Positions 49,108-58,776 of a stretch of DNA of 64,000 nt are shown one piece after another (the first letter of the stretch is position 1; each line of letters starts with the position of its first letter). This DNA comes from a virus (lineage: Duplodnaviria; Caudoviricetes): IMG/VR virus record IMGVR_UViG_3300027566_000003; one strand, 5' to 3'. The position numbers were made by a program, and so were the translations under genes. The notes beneath the pieces were generated by a model that worked only from the letters and a program-made list of their open reading frames with translations, was not told where the DNA came from and did no database searches.

Positions 49108-50790
49108 ATGAGTAATGGGCTTTTTCAAAATTCAGGAATAATACAAACTACTTTTCCAAGTGCTCAACCAGTTGCGATTGTTGGAAATTTAGCGGATGTT
49201 GCAGTAGATGAAAATGGAGCCATAGCTGTTTCAGGAATAACAGTAGATTCGCTGTCTATTGGTGATGTAGGGTTAAAACCGAGTTTACCATCTGCAAATT
49301 TTACAATGCATACTGGTACAACGGCTATCAGTGATGGTATTGATCTAAATGTAGATGGTTATACAACAGCTATCATTCGTGTTTCTGGTACATTTAAGGC
49401 TACAATTAATTTTTTGGGAACAAGTGATAATATATATTATAATCCAGTAATGGCATATAACTCGGTTACCGAATTACCCTCTACTAAAGCACAAGTAAGT
49501 GGAATTTACTACATTAATTGTGTCGGAATTAAAAAAATACGAGTAAGGGTAGATGTATATTATTCAGGCACAGTAACAGTAACTGGAATTGCGTCAGTTA
49601 ACGCACCAAAAACTCAAACTGCAAGGATTGTTAATACATCTTCTGTTCCTGCGATAACCCGTAAAACTTTATCAGCATACCCTAAAAAACCTCTAGATTA
49701 CTCCGTTATTAATTCCTCCACATATGGAACCGTAATACATGTGTCTAGTATTGGATTTGATGGTTCTTTATATGGCTATTCATCTTTAAAAAAAATATTT
49801 AGAACAGCAGATGCTTTTGCTACGGCATTGGATTATGGACAAGATTTTTCCGGATTAATACCATCTACATCTAGTTTGTTACATGTGTTTCAAACTCATG
49901 CAGGATATGTTGTTATAGAAACCGACTCTACAACAAAACGTGGTGGTATATGGTTTTCAACAACTTTTACAAGTGGTTTTACAAAAATAGTTGAAATGGA
50001 TAGAGGATATCCTATTAAATTAAACACAAGTATATACAATGCTGGTGTAAATCAAACGGTAATTTTATGTGGAGAATATGTAATAACGTCTCCAAATCCA
50101 GCATCAGGTGGATTGAGACTATTTGGTAGTTTTGATGGTGGTGCAACATGGGTTTCACTTAAAGAAACAGTATTGGTAGATAGTGTATATAATAGCCATT
50201 GGCACGCATCAACTTATGATCCTTATGCTGGCAGGATTTATGCACAAACTGGTGATGCTACTAATGCAATGCTTTATTATTCTGAAGATTTAGGACAAAA
50301 TTGGAATGAGATAAGAGCAACAGATGAAAACGGAGTTCTCCCCCAACCAACTACATTAATATCTTTTCCTGATATTATCACCGCGCTTCCAGATAGAGGA
50401 TATCCTCCTTGTGTTTTATCAATTAAAAAAGATACAAATTATAAAGATATAAATGGAGAAAAGTTCTTATTTTCATTGGATTATTCTATATATCCAGCAT
50501 TTGGAACTGGTGCTGGAAAATATACTGGTAGGCCAATTGCTCAAGATGGCATCGAAGCGTATTTTCAAGTACCTACTGTAACGGGACATCAACAAATATT
50601 TGTTGTTGGGACAGCAGACGGTGGGCAAACTTGGCACACCGTATTAGTATTGAATTTATCTAGATATGCAAGTGGTAATGCTAATGAAGGGATAGTGGGA
50701 CCTGATAAAAATGGGTTTCTTTATATGTATTATAATGACAACGGGGCAAAAATAGCAAAAATTACTAAGCAAAATTGGATATATAGTTAA
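49108..50790 (+). CDS. tailspike-like protein with BNR/Asp-box beta-propeller
   Basis: Asp-box-like SFDGGATW, SEDLGQNW, TADGGQTW repeats. Confidence 0.7.
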   Translation: MSNGLFQNSGIIQTTFPSAQPVAIVGNLADVAVDENGAIAVSGITVDSLSIGDVGLKPSLPSANFTMHTGTTAISDGIDLNVDGYTTAIIRVSGTFKATINFLGTSDNIYYNPVMAYNSVTELPSTKAQVSGIYYINCVGIKKIRVRVDVYYSGTVTVTGIASVNAPKTQTARIVNTSSVPAITRKTLSAYPKKPLDYSVINSSTYGTVIHVSSIGFDGSLYGYSSLKKIFRTADAFATALDYGQDFSGLIPSTSSLLHVFQTHAGYVVIETDSTTKRGGIWFSTTFTSGFTKIVEMDRGYPIKLNTSIYNAGVNQTVILCGEYVITSPNPASGGLRLFGSFDGGATWVSLKETVLVDSVYNSHWHASTYDPYAGRIYAQTGDATNAMLYYSEDLGQNWNEIRATDENGVLPQPTTLISFPDIITALPDRGYPPCVLSIKKDTNYKDINGEKFLFSLDYSIYPAFGTGAGKYTGRPIAQDGIEAYFQVPTVTGHQQIFVVGTADGGQTWHTVLVLNLSRYASGNANEGIVGPDKNGFLYMYYNDNGAKIAKITKQNWIYS

Positions 50791-50873
50791 TAAACAAATT
50801 AATTGATTTTATTACAAAGGCATGACTTATTTGGTTGTGCCTTTGTTTGATATTTGATGATATGGAGTGAAAT

Positions 50874-51410
50874 GTGATAAAGAATCAACAAAAGTACATA
50901 CACGCATACGATTTATCTATGGAATCAACAGGATTTTGTATATTTGATAAAGATATGATTCCTGTATTAATCGATTCTATCCCTACTAAAAAAAACCAAT
51001 CTCATGGGAAAAGATTAAAAGTAATTTATGATAAGTTAATGGAATTAAGAGATAAATATCCACCTGAAGTCGTCGTGATCGAAAGAGGATTTAGTAGGTT
51101 TAATATGGCAACTCAGGTGATATACAGGGTTCATGGAATTTGTCAATTGGCTTATCATGATATAGAGACCGTCTACTACCCTCCCAAAACCGTTAAAGAA
51201 GCAATTTTAAGTGGTAATGCAACAAAGAAACAAGTGCAAGAGGAAATTAAGAAAAGATATCCTGATTTAGTTTTTAAGAATGAGGATGAATCAGATGCTT
51301 ACGCTGTAAGTTTAACATATTTTATTAAAACAGGTAAATTGGAATGGGAAAAAGATATTATTTTGAAAGAAAAGAAAATTAGAAAGAAAAAGGTTGTTGA
51401 GGATAGATAA
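50874..51410 (+). CDS. ruvC: RuvC-like Holliday junction resolvase
   Basis: AYDLSMESTG, VVIER, PKTVKEAILSGNATKKQV, DESDAYAV. Confidence 0.88.
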   Translation: MIKNQQKYIHAYDLSMESTGFCIFDKDMIPVLIDSIPTKKNQSHGKRLKVIYDKLMELRDKYPPEVVVIERGFSRFNMATQVIYRVHGICQLAYHDIETVYYPPKTVKEAILSGNATKKQVQEEIKKRYPDLVFKNEDESDAYAVSLTYFIKTGKLEWEKDIILKEKKIRKKKVVEDR

Positions 51411-51480
51411 TTTAATTTGTTGTAGAACTTTAGACACTTTAGATAAGTGTCTTTTATTGTGCGACAAATTAGTTGTACGT

Positions 51481-51596
51481 AAACAGACTAGGGAGAGCTA
51501 CCCGAAAGACACAACGCCTTAGTGTTTGTCTGTTTATTATCTTTTTGAGAAGAAATTTTAAGGTTAATAAAACAATATGAAAGGCGGTTGTTGGAG
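51481..51596 (+). promoter_or_regulatory. three-way-junction leader with anti-RBS loop
   Basis: AAACAGAC/GTCTGTTT outer stem; inner loop CGCCTT complementary to AAGGCG at 51581-51586. Confidence 0.6.
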
Positions 51597-53164
51597 ATGT
51601 TAGAAACAAAAGAAGTAGAAGTAGTTTGGTCTAATTGGGGAAAAGAATATTATATTCTAAAAGGTTATTGTTTTACTAGAATAGGCGACGCATTTATAGT
51701 TAAAATTGAAGATGTGCATCCTAATTCAAATATAACCATCGAATATGAATGTGATTATTGTAAAACACCCCAAAAAATATACTTTAGAGATTATAACAAA
51801 CAAAAAAGAGATATTATAAATAGAGATTGTTGCAGTAAATGTGCTCATTTTAAAGTTGCTGAAATAAAGAAAAAGAAAGCAGAGTTAGGAATATTAAATA
51901 AAACGATTCTGGTTATTGGAAGTTTTATCCCAATAGATTAAAAGAATTACATATATTTTTAAAAAATAATAAATTTGAAGATATCTTTAATATTGGTTAT
52001 TCACAATTAAAAGAATCTTTTTATCAAAATAAAGATAATGTAATTGATATGATATTTGAATTAAAATTAAATATTTTTGAAGTATGCAATAATTTACATA
52101 AGTTATATTTCTACATTAATGAAAATAACATACAAAATATTATAAATATTTTTATTGAAAGGCATAAATACTTTCCTTCCCTATTAGAAATGTCAAATAA
52201 TTTACAAATTTCTTATTCAATTTTAGCTAAATGTGGTGGTTATTATTATATAAAGAATAGTATGGGATATTATGATAATGACATTGGTAGTAAATTATTA
52301 GATACAAAAAATAGTATGGAGAATTTTGAAAAATATAAAAATGTTAGTGGTATTTATAAGATAACTAATATTAAAAATGCAAAAGTGTATATTGGGCAAG
52401 CAATAGATTTGTGGCATAGAATTAGTTCTGGATATATTTATACATTGCCTAAAGGAAAATGTCACAATGTTCACCTTCAAAGAGCGTGGGATAAAGACGG
52501 AGGAGAAAGTTTTTATATAGAAGTTATTGAAGTTTGTGATGTTGAATTTTTAACGAAAAGAGAACAATTTTGGATTGATCAAACTCAATGTTTTAACAAC
52601 AAATTTGGTTATAATGTTTTGGAATTTGCCGAAAGTAATAGAGGTGCTAAAATATCTGAAGAAACAAGGAAAAAGATGAGTGATGCTTCTAAATTAAAAT
52701 TCGGGTGGAATCATACACAAGAAACAAAAACTATTTTATCAGAAAAACATTCTAAATCTATTATTCAATTAAATTTAGATGGTATTTATATTAAAGAGTG
52801 GAAAAACTCCAATGATGCGTCAATTACATTAACTGGTAAAAATACAAGTGCTAATAATATAAGAGATTGTGCAAATGGGCGAGGTGCTTCAGCTTGTGGT
52901 TACATATGGATATATAAAGATAAGTATAATGAATTAACTTTTGACAAAATGGATTATGAAAATAGAGATACAACTAAACGAAGGGTTATTCAATTAAGTT
53001 TAAGTAATGAATATATAAAAACATTTAGGACAATAACTGAGGCAAAAAATACAACAAAAGCAAGTAATATAAGTGCATGTTTAAATGGTTTACAACATAA
53101 AAGTGGTGGATTCAAATGGATGTATGAAGAAGATTATTTAAATAAAATAAAGGAAGTGAATTAA
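51588..53164 (+). pseudogene. frameshifted GIY-YIG endonuclease with NUMOD3/NUMOD1-like repeats (track ORFs 51588..51941 and 52049..53164)
   Basis: One A added to the A4 run at 51900-51903 joins both ORFs with no stops; SGIYKITN..VYIGQA, HTQETKTILS, FRTITEA...ISACL. Confidence 0.8.
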
Positions 53165-53168
53165 ACTA

Positions 53169-54230
53169 ATGGCAAACAAAGGTCGTGGAAGAGTATATAA
53201 CCCAATCTATACAAAGCAAGAATGGGAATTAGTAAATCCCAAAAACAAAGAAGCAATGAATGACTTTCTTGAAGAATATAAGCAAAGAAAAAAGAAGAAG
53301 TCAACTATTGATGCTTACTTTCAGGATTTGAGAATTATTCTACTTTATGTTAAAAGATTTTGTGATAATAAATGTATATTTGATTTAGGTAAAAAGGATT
53401 TTAGGAGAATTAGCATTTGGTTTAGTGATGATTTAAAACTATCTAATGCAAGAGCAAATAGATTAATGAGTGCGGTTAGGTCTATGCTTTCATATGCAGA
53501 AGATGATGACGAAACAGAATATGACAATAATGTTGCTCGTAAGGTGAAAGGTTTACCGAAAGAACCAGTTAAAACAAATGAAGACGATTTCTTTATGACA
53601 TTTGATCAAGTATGGAGAGTTAGAGAAGAATTATTAAAACGTGGTAAATTACAGCTTGCAGTTTTACATATGCTTCTATTCGATTCTGGTGGACGAAGGA
53701 ATGAAGTATATCAGATTAAAAAACAAGATGCTCAAGAAGGAAATAAGACAAATATAGTTGTTGGTAAAAGAGGAAAATCATTTCCTTTAGTATTTTTAAA
53801 TGACACTAGAGAATTAGTAAGACAGTTTATATCAGAACGTGGCGAAGACAATTTAGATGCTGTATGGATAACTGGTAAGGGTGAAAATAAAAGAGAAGTA
53901 ACGTACGGAGCTTTATATGATAGAGTTGTTGCTATTTCTGCTATATTGAGTGAATTAGAAGGAAAAGAATTAAATATTTTTCCGCATTCATATCGCCACA
54001 GTCGCGCAGAATGTCTCTTACAGGGGCAAGATCCACGTATCATTGATCCGTCTACGGGATTGCCTAAGAAGTTTACTTTAGAGGAAGTCCAGCTATTTCT
54101 TCATCATTCAGATCCGAAAACAACCCAAGATTACGCGAAAGATCATAGTGAAGAAATGATTGATACCATGTTTAATTTTGATGGTGAAGTTAAAGTTAAG
54201 AAACCGGAAGAAATCACACCAACAACATAA
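53169..54230 (+). CDS. tyrosine recombinase (YomM-like)
   Basis: SGGRRNE (R), GKRGK (K), HSYRH (HxxR), LHHSD (H), TQDY (Y); catalytic set intact. Confidence 0.92.
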   Translation: MANKGRGRVYNPIYTKQEWELVNPKNKEAMNDFLEEYKQRKKKKSTIDAYFQDLRIILLYVKRFCDNKCIFDLGKKDFRRISIWFSDDLKLSNARANRLMSAVRSMLSYAEDDDETEYDNNVARKVKGLPKEPVKTNEDDFFMTFDQVWRVREELLKRGKLQLAVLHMLLFDSGGRRNEVYQIKKQDAQEGNKTNIVVGKRGKSFPLVFLNDTRELVRQFISERGEDNLDAVWITGKGENKREVTYGALYDRVVAISAILSELEGKELNIFPHSYRHSRAECLLQGQDPRIIDPSTGLPKKFTLEEVQLFLHHSDPKTTQDYAKDHSEEMIDTMFNFDGEVKVKKPEEITPTT

Positions 54231-54384
54231 AAAACACATTTCATTCCAATACACCATTTTTAAGACCCTTTAATATCAATGGTTTCAGAGAATCGCCAAC
54301 CTTGGCGATTTAAATATTTACACCAGATTGAAATCCTCTCTATTTTTAGAAGAGGATTTTTATGTGCTGTAAATCGCACTAAAC

Positions 54385-54482
54385 ACTAGCAGGAGTAATG
54401 GCTTAATTACCCATTATCAAAGGGTACTCTCCCCTATCCTGCTAGTCAATATCTTTTAGTGAGAGTAAAATAAGAAAGAGAG
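54385..54482 (+). promoter_or_regulatory. three-way-junction leader with anti-RBS loop
   Basis: ACTAGCAGGA/TCCTGCTAGT outer stem; inner loop TACTCTC complementary to GAGAGTA at 54461-54467. Confidence 0.65.
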
Positions 54483-56456
54483 ATGATATTAATAATGATT
54501 AATTACAAAGAATTTCTAGAGCAAATGGAACTTGAAACAAAGAAAAATCATGTAATAGAAGCAGTAAACTTGACAATTAAGGACTTGGCAGAATATAATG
54601 TAATTGTACCAGAAGATAGTGAATATTACAAAGGATTAAGCCAATTACTTTATTATATAATGTTTTACCCGTTACCTAATAAGAAAGCAATTATTAACTT
54701 TCCTACGGGTTGTGGTAAATCAACTGCTATGAATGCAGGAATTTCCTATATGTTAAGAAATAAAATATTACAACCATACGCAGGAACAATAATATTAAAA
54801 CTTACAAAAGATGATTGTAATGAAACAGTTAGAGAAATCAATAAGAAAGCAAAATTAGATTTAGCATATGCATATCACTCTGGATTTGATAAACTAAACA
54901 ATAGAAAAAGAAGTGATATTTCTAATGATGAACTAAAAGAATATCCAGTAATTGTATTAACTCATAGTGGATATTTACAACTTATTGACAAAGATGATAT
55001 AAATAAACTATGTGAATGGTCTGATAAAAGAATTAATACAAAGCGTGGAAAATATAATACATATTATAGGGAGAGATTAATTGTGGATGAAGCAATTAAT
55101 AATGTTCAATTTATGACAGTTACAATGAAGTCAATTTCTGATATGGAAAATGCAATCATGAATATGGGAAACGAAGATATTTATGATAGATTTAATGGAT
55201 TCGTGACCAAAATCAAGAAAGAATTTTTGAAATCGTATGACACGAAGAAGAACAGTGTATTCTTTTGCGAGTTCGACAATATCGAAGTACCAGATGGGTT
55301 AGATGAGTTATTTTTCTCTTGTAAAGATAAACAAGCCAAAGACTCATATATGGCAATAAGAACAATGTTAGCAACTGGTGGTTATGTAAATATTCATGAG
55401 GATATTAAGTATAAATCAATCATCACCTACAAGTACATAGATATTAATAATCCATATTTCCATAAAGTAACATTAGATGCTACATCAGGAATTAATTATC
55501 TATATGAAATTGATAGCAATTCAGAAGTAAGAGATTTGCCGCAAATAAAATCTTATAAGAATATGCATCTAAATATATTTAATGGAGTCACCGGATCATC
55601 TGCTTCAATGAAAAAAGGATTAGAAGATGGATTGTTAGATGCAATCATTGAAGATATTAAGAGTAAGATTATTGGGGAAGAGAAAGTTTTGATTGTAACT
55701 AATAGTGAAGAACGAGATAAAATGATTATTGAAGCATTAAAGGGATATGAAAAATTAGACCAAATTGATGTCACCCACTATGGACGTACAGTAGGGAGTA
55801 ATAAATGGAGTGATTTTGACAAAATATTTGTATTAGGGATTCAATTGTTACCAGATGCAATATATCCTTTAATGTATTTCACTAGTTCTGTAAAAGAAGA
55901 AGAATTAACAGCAGAGAAATTTAATTCATTAGATACTACTCTTGTTCCAATAAAAGGCAATAGAAAATACAAACAAAAAGAATTTGAGAAAGTTAAAGTG
56001 TCTACTATTTCTGCAATGGTTGTGCAAACTTTAAACAGAATCAAATGTAGAGGTTATGCAGATGGAGAAATTCCTGAGACCCACGCCTATTTCATAAATC
56101 GTGATAAAGAGATAGATGCTCTCATTGCCCAAGCGATGCCAGATATTCAAATTACGTATAATTGGGGAATTGAATATAAGTCAAGAAAAAGTGGAAAAAC
56201 AGTAGAGAACAAGAAGGATGTTGTTGAGACATTAATTGAATTCTATGAGAAATTTAGACTTGACGAAAATTATAGAAATAAATTATTTGTCGATGAAATT
56301 TTTACTGAAAAAGGATTAAGTAAAGCAAAAATAAAAGAATTATTAGATATTAAGACAAATACTTTTAATATTTCTATGAGTAAACCTTTGATGTTGCAAT
56401 ATGTAAAAGATTATAATATTGATTTAATCTCTAATAATAGATATGTAAAATTTTAA
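54483..56456 (+). CDS. SF2 (DEAD-like) helicase-domain protein with possible C-terminal HTH
   Basis: FPTGCGKST, VLTHSG, IVDEA, LDATS, QTLNRIKCR. Confidence 0.75.
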   Translation: MILIMINYKEFLEQMELETKKNHVIEAVNLTIKDLAEYNVIVPEDSEYYKGLSQLLYYIMFYPLPNKKAIINFPTGCGKSTAMNAGISYMLRNKILQPYAGTIILKLTKDDCNETVREINKKAKLDLAYAYHSGFDKLNNRKRSDISNDELKEYPVIVLTHSGYLQLIDKDDINKLCEWSDKRINTKRGKYNTYYRERLIVDEAINNVQFMTVTMKSISDMENAIMNMGNEDIYDRFNGFVTKIKKEFLKSYDTKKNSVFFCEFDNIEVPDGLDELFFSCKDKQAKDSYMAIRTMLATGGYVNIHEDIKYKSIITYKYIDINNPYFHKVTLDATSGINYLYEIDSNSEVRDLPQIKSYKNMHLNIFNGVTGSSASMKKGLEDGLLDAIIEDIKSKIIGEEKVLIVTNSEERDKMIIEALKGYEKLDQIDVTHYGRTVGSNKWSDFDKIFVLGIQLLPDAIYPLMYFTSSVKEEELTAEKFNSLDTTLVPIKGNRKYKQKEFEKVKVSTISAMVVQTLNRIKCRGYADGEIPETHAYFINRDKEIDALIAQAMPDIQITYNWGIEYKSRKSGKTVENKKDVVETLIEFYEKFRLDENYRNKLFVDEIFTEKGLSKAKIKELLDIKTNTFNISMSKPLMLQYVKDYNIDLISNNRYVKF

Positions 56457-56460
56457 TCAG

Positions 56461-56513
56461 ACTGAAAAGTGTGGTTATTCTATTTATATATACAGTGAAC
56501 CACACTTTTCAGT
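56461..56513. terminator. 16-bp perfect inverted repeat after the helicase gene
   Basis: ACTGAAAAGTGTGGTT / AACCACACTTTTCAGT. Confidence 0.7.
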
Positions 56514-56855
56514 TATATGATTTAGTAAAAATAACCAATAACAATATAAATAAATTAAAATAACATATCCATGAAGTAATTTTGGTGACAACCAAAATTG
56601 CGTAATGAAAAGCTCCGCAGGATACTAAGCAAAATAAATTAACAAAAATCTTAACATAAATATAATTAAAATAATTTCCAGACATTCGTCAAAGGGGAAC
56701 GAATGGTCATTCGCAAGCTCATTCCCTCCCAAATTTTCGCTATCGCTCAATTTGGGGTATATTATTTGATTTATTTATTCTATCTTGATATTTCCTCCTT
56801 CACCTCTCTCCATTTATCGCCTATTCAAAAGACTAATAGAAAAGGAGCTAAAAAT

Positions 56856-57074
56856 ATGACATTTGAAGAATGTTGTACAATATCTATTGATAATGAAGAA
56901 TTAATACAAGAATTTAATAGACTAACAGGACATAAATTAGGAATGTCAAGAACTCCAATTCAAAAACTAATTGATGATTCATGTAATTACAATCCAGATA
57001 AAGAAGCTATTCCAGATTTTTGTCGCTTTGTTTTTAAGTCAATTTGGACACCTTTGGTAGATATGGATAATTAG
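56856..57074 (+). CDS. small hypothetical protein
   Basis: RBS AAGGAG before ATG 56856 (MTFEECC); the track start at 56703 runs through hairpins. Confidence 0.6.
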   Translation: MTFEECCTISIDNEELIQEFNRLTGHKLGMSRTPIQKLIDDSCNYNPDKEAIPDFCRFVFKSIWTPLVDMDN

Positions 57075-57089
57075 GATTTTTATAATAAA

Positions 57090-57124
57090 AAAAGAGACTC
57101 TATCCCACTAGAGTCTCTAAAAAC
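57090..57124. terminator. bidirectional terminator between convergent genes
   Basis: AAAAAGAGACTCTA-TCCCAC-TAGAGTCTCTAAAAA. Confidence 0.7.
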
Positions 57125-57174
57125 TAATATTTTATTTATCTATTTATTATATCCCACTTTATCTTCACCTTATA

Positions 57175-57987
57175 TCACCCAAACACAACCAAACCATTCT
57201 CCCTCCTATCCAACAACAAATCATAAATATAATCAATCCCAATAGTCTTGACTCTTGTTTGCTCATTATCAATATCATCTCTATTGTCAACACTTTCATG
57301 ATTAATATTAAAATAATTTTCAAATCCTACATTTGGCAAATTCCTATATCTGCCATTGGTTTTATTTTTACTAAGAATTCCACAATCTCTAAGAATACTT
57401 GTTAATGATTTCTTATTAACTTTGATTCTACTTCCCTTCTCTTCGCTTCTAGTACTTATCATTTTAGAAACTTGTTCAAATGTATAGGTACCTTCAGCGT
57501 CAAGAAACACTCCATATTTGTCTAATTTTGGTTGTGCTTCTTGCAATTGTTGTTCTACGATTAACCGTTTTTGCCTCTCATCTTTGAGCTGTGTGGCTAA
57601 CTGGATTATAAAGTCGGGATCATTTAATGTTTTTTCAATTACTTCCTCTGACATATAAGTACCATGTTTACGAATTGTAGGTAATACAATATCAAATACC
57701 CATGATTCAAATTTTTCTGCTTCTGGCAAAATACTTCCTGCTATAAGTCTATAAATATCTCCTTCTGGTATAAGATTTATTTCAATTCCATTAACTTTTA
57801 ACCCGTTACATTTTGTAACGCCTTTGCATTTTCTTGATAATGTAGTTCTCCATCCACCTTCAGAATACCCTAAAGCTTTTAAGACATCATTGGCTACTGT
57901 GTATGGTTTACCATCTATTTCGGTTACTCTTAATTGTCCAAATTGTTCGCTCATAAATACTTGTAATTCATTTGTCATTGTTAACAT
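57175..57987 (-). CDS. BRO-N / KilA-C phage antirepressor (minus strand; the ORF track strand label is wrong)
   Basis: CAT at 57985-57987 and TCA at 57175-57177 on the + strand; SEQFGQLRV..ANDVLKALGY..LIPEGDIYRL..FESWVFDIVLPTIRKHGTY. Confidence 0.92.
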   Translation of the reverse strand: MLTMTNELQVFMSEQFGQLRVTEIDGKPYTVANDVLKALGYSEGGWRTTLSRKCKGVTKCNGLKVNGIEINLIPEGDIYRLIAGSILPEAEKFESWVFDIVLPTIRKHGTYMSEEVIEKTLNDPDFIIQLATQLKDERQKRLIVEQQLQEAQPKLDKYGVFLDAEGTYTFEQVSKMISTRSEEKGSRIKVNKKSLTSILRDCGILSKNKTNGRYRNLPNVGFENYFNINHESVDNRDDIDNEQTRVKTIGIDYIYDLLLDRRENGLVVFG

Positions 57988-58183
57988 ATTATTTATTACC
58001 TCTTTCTTTTAATTAATTATTTTTGTATTTATTGATTATGATTATGATAATTTTATGATCATGTTTTATCACATATGTAAAATCCACATTCAAGTATCAT
58101 CTCTGATTTTGTTAGAACATCTAAAGTTTTTATTTTTATCTATAATCATATCCATTATAATCCCACTCCTCCTTCCCTAAGTA

Positions 58184-58264
58184 AGTATATAATAAAATTT
58201 TCCATATGTCAATAAGAGCAAAAATAAAATATTTGACATATGTGGCACTAAAGTGTAATATAAT
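58184..58264. promoter_or_regulatory. divergent sigma-A promoter pair
   Basis: Minus strand TTGACA(58212-58207)-17-TATACT(58189-58184); plus strand TTGACA 58233-58238 with TAATAT/TATAAT at 58256-58264; inverted CATATGTCAA/TTGACATATG. Confidence 0.7.
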
Positions 58265-58362
58265 ATTGTTGGTGGTAGGATTATTTGTTTATTATTATTC
58301 CTTCTCCTGATTTGATTCTGTTGTAGATACATATGTTTGAAGTTTTGATGAGCATATGAGGG

Positions 58363-58686
58363 TTGTGGTATAATGGTAGTAGGATAAGGAGTGGTTGGGA
58401 TATGGATAAAAGTGTAGACAATTTAAATCATAAAGATTTAAAAGTTTATTGTAATAGAGGGCAAATCAATAAAAAAATGGACGGAAGAAGAATTCAATGG
58501 TTAGTTGAAAAGTTAAAAAATTATGGAATAATTATAGAATACAAAGCTCTTGTTCAATTACTTAATAATCGTAGTGAATGGAAATTAATATATGCTATCG
58601 GGCTGTGCTATGTTTTTCAATCAAAAATTGGTGACTTATTTTTTTTGGATAGTGAAGGGGAAATTATAGATATTGATTTTGTATAA
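58363..58686 (+). CDS. putative XRE/Cro-like HTH regulator (true start probably internal)
   Basis: ...LVQLLNNRSEWKLIYAIGLCYVFQSKIGDLF resembles an XRE C-terminus. Confidence 0.5.
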   Translation: MWYNGSRIRSGWDMDKSVDNLNHKDLKVYCNRGQINKKMDGRRIQWLVEKLKNYGIIIEYKALVQLLNNRSEWKLIYAIGLCYVFQSKIGDLFFLDSEGEIIDIDFV

Positions 58687-58693
58687 TTGGATA

Positions 58694-58722
58694 TTGACAA
58701 TATCCATGTACTCCTGTATACT
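58694..58722 (+). promoter_or_regulatory. sigma-A promoter
   Basis: TTGACA-17 nt-TATACT. Confidence 0.75.
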
Positions 58723-58776
58723 ATTATTAAGTTAAGGTAAACAAATCAATCATCCTTAACAAATTAGTATAGAGGA

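Noticed and set aside
57175-57987. ORF track strand '+' for the BRO protein
   Set aside because: The listed protein reads only from the reverse complement (CAT at 57985-57987, TCA at 57175-57177); annotated here as minus.
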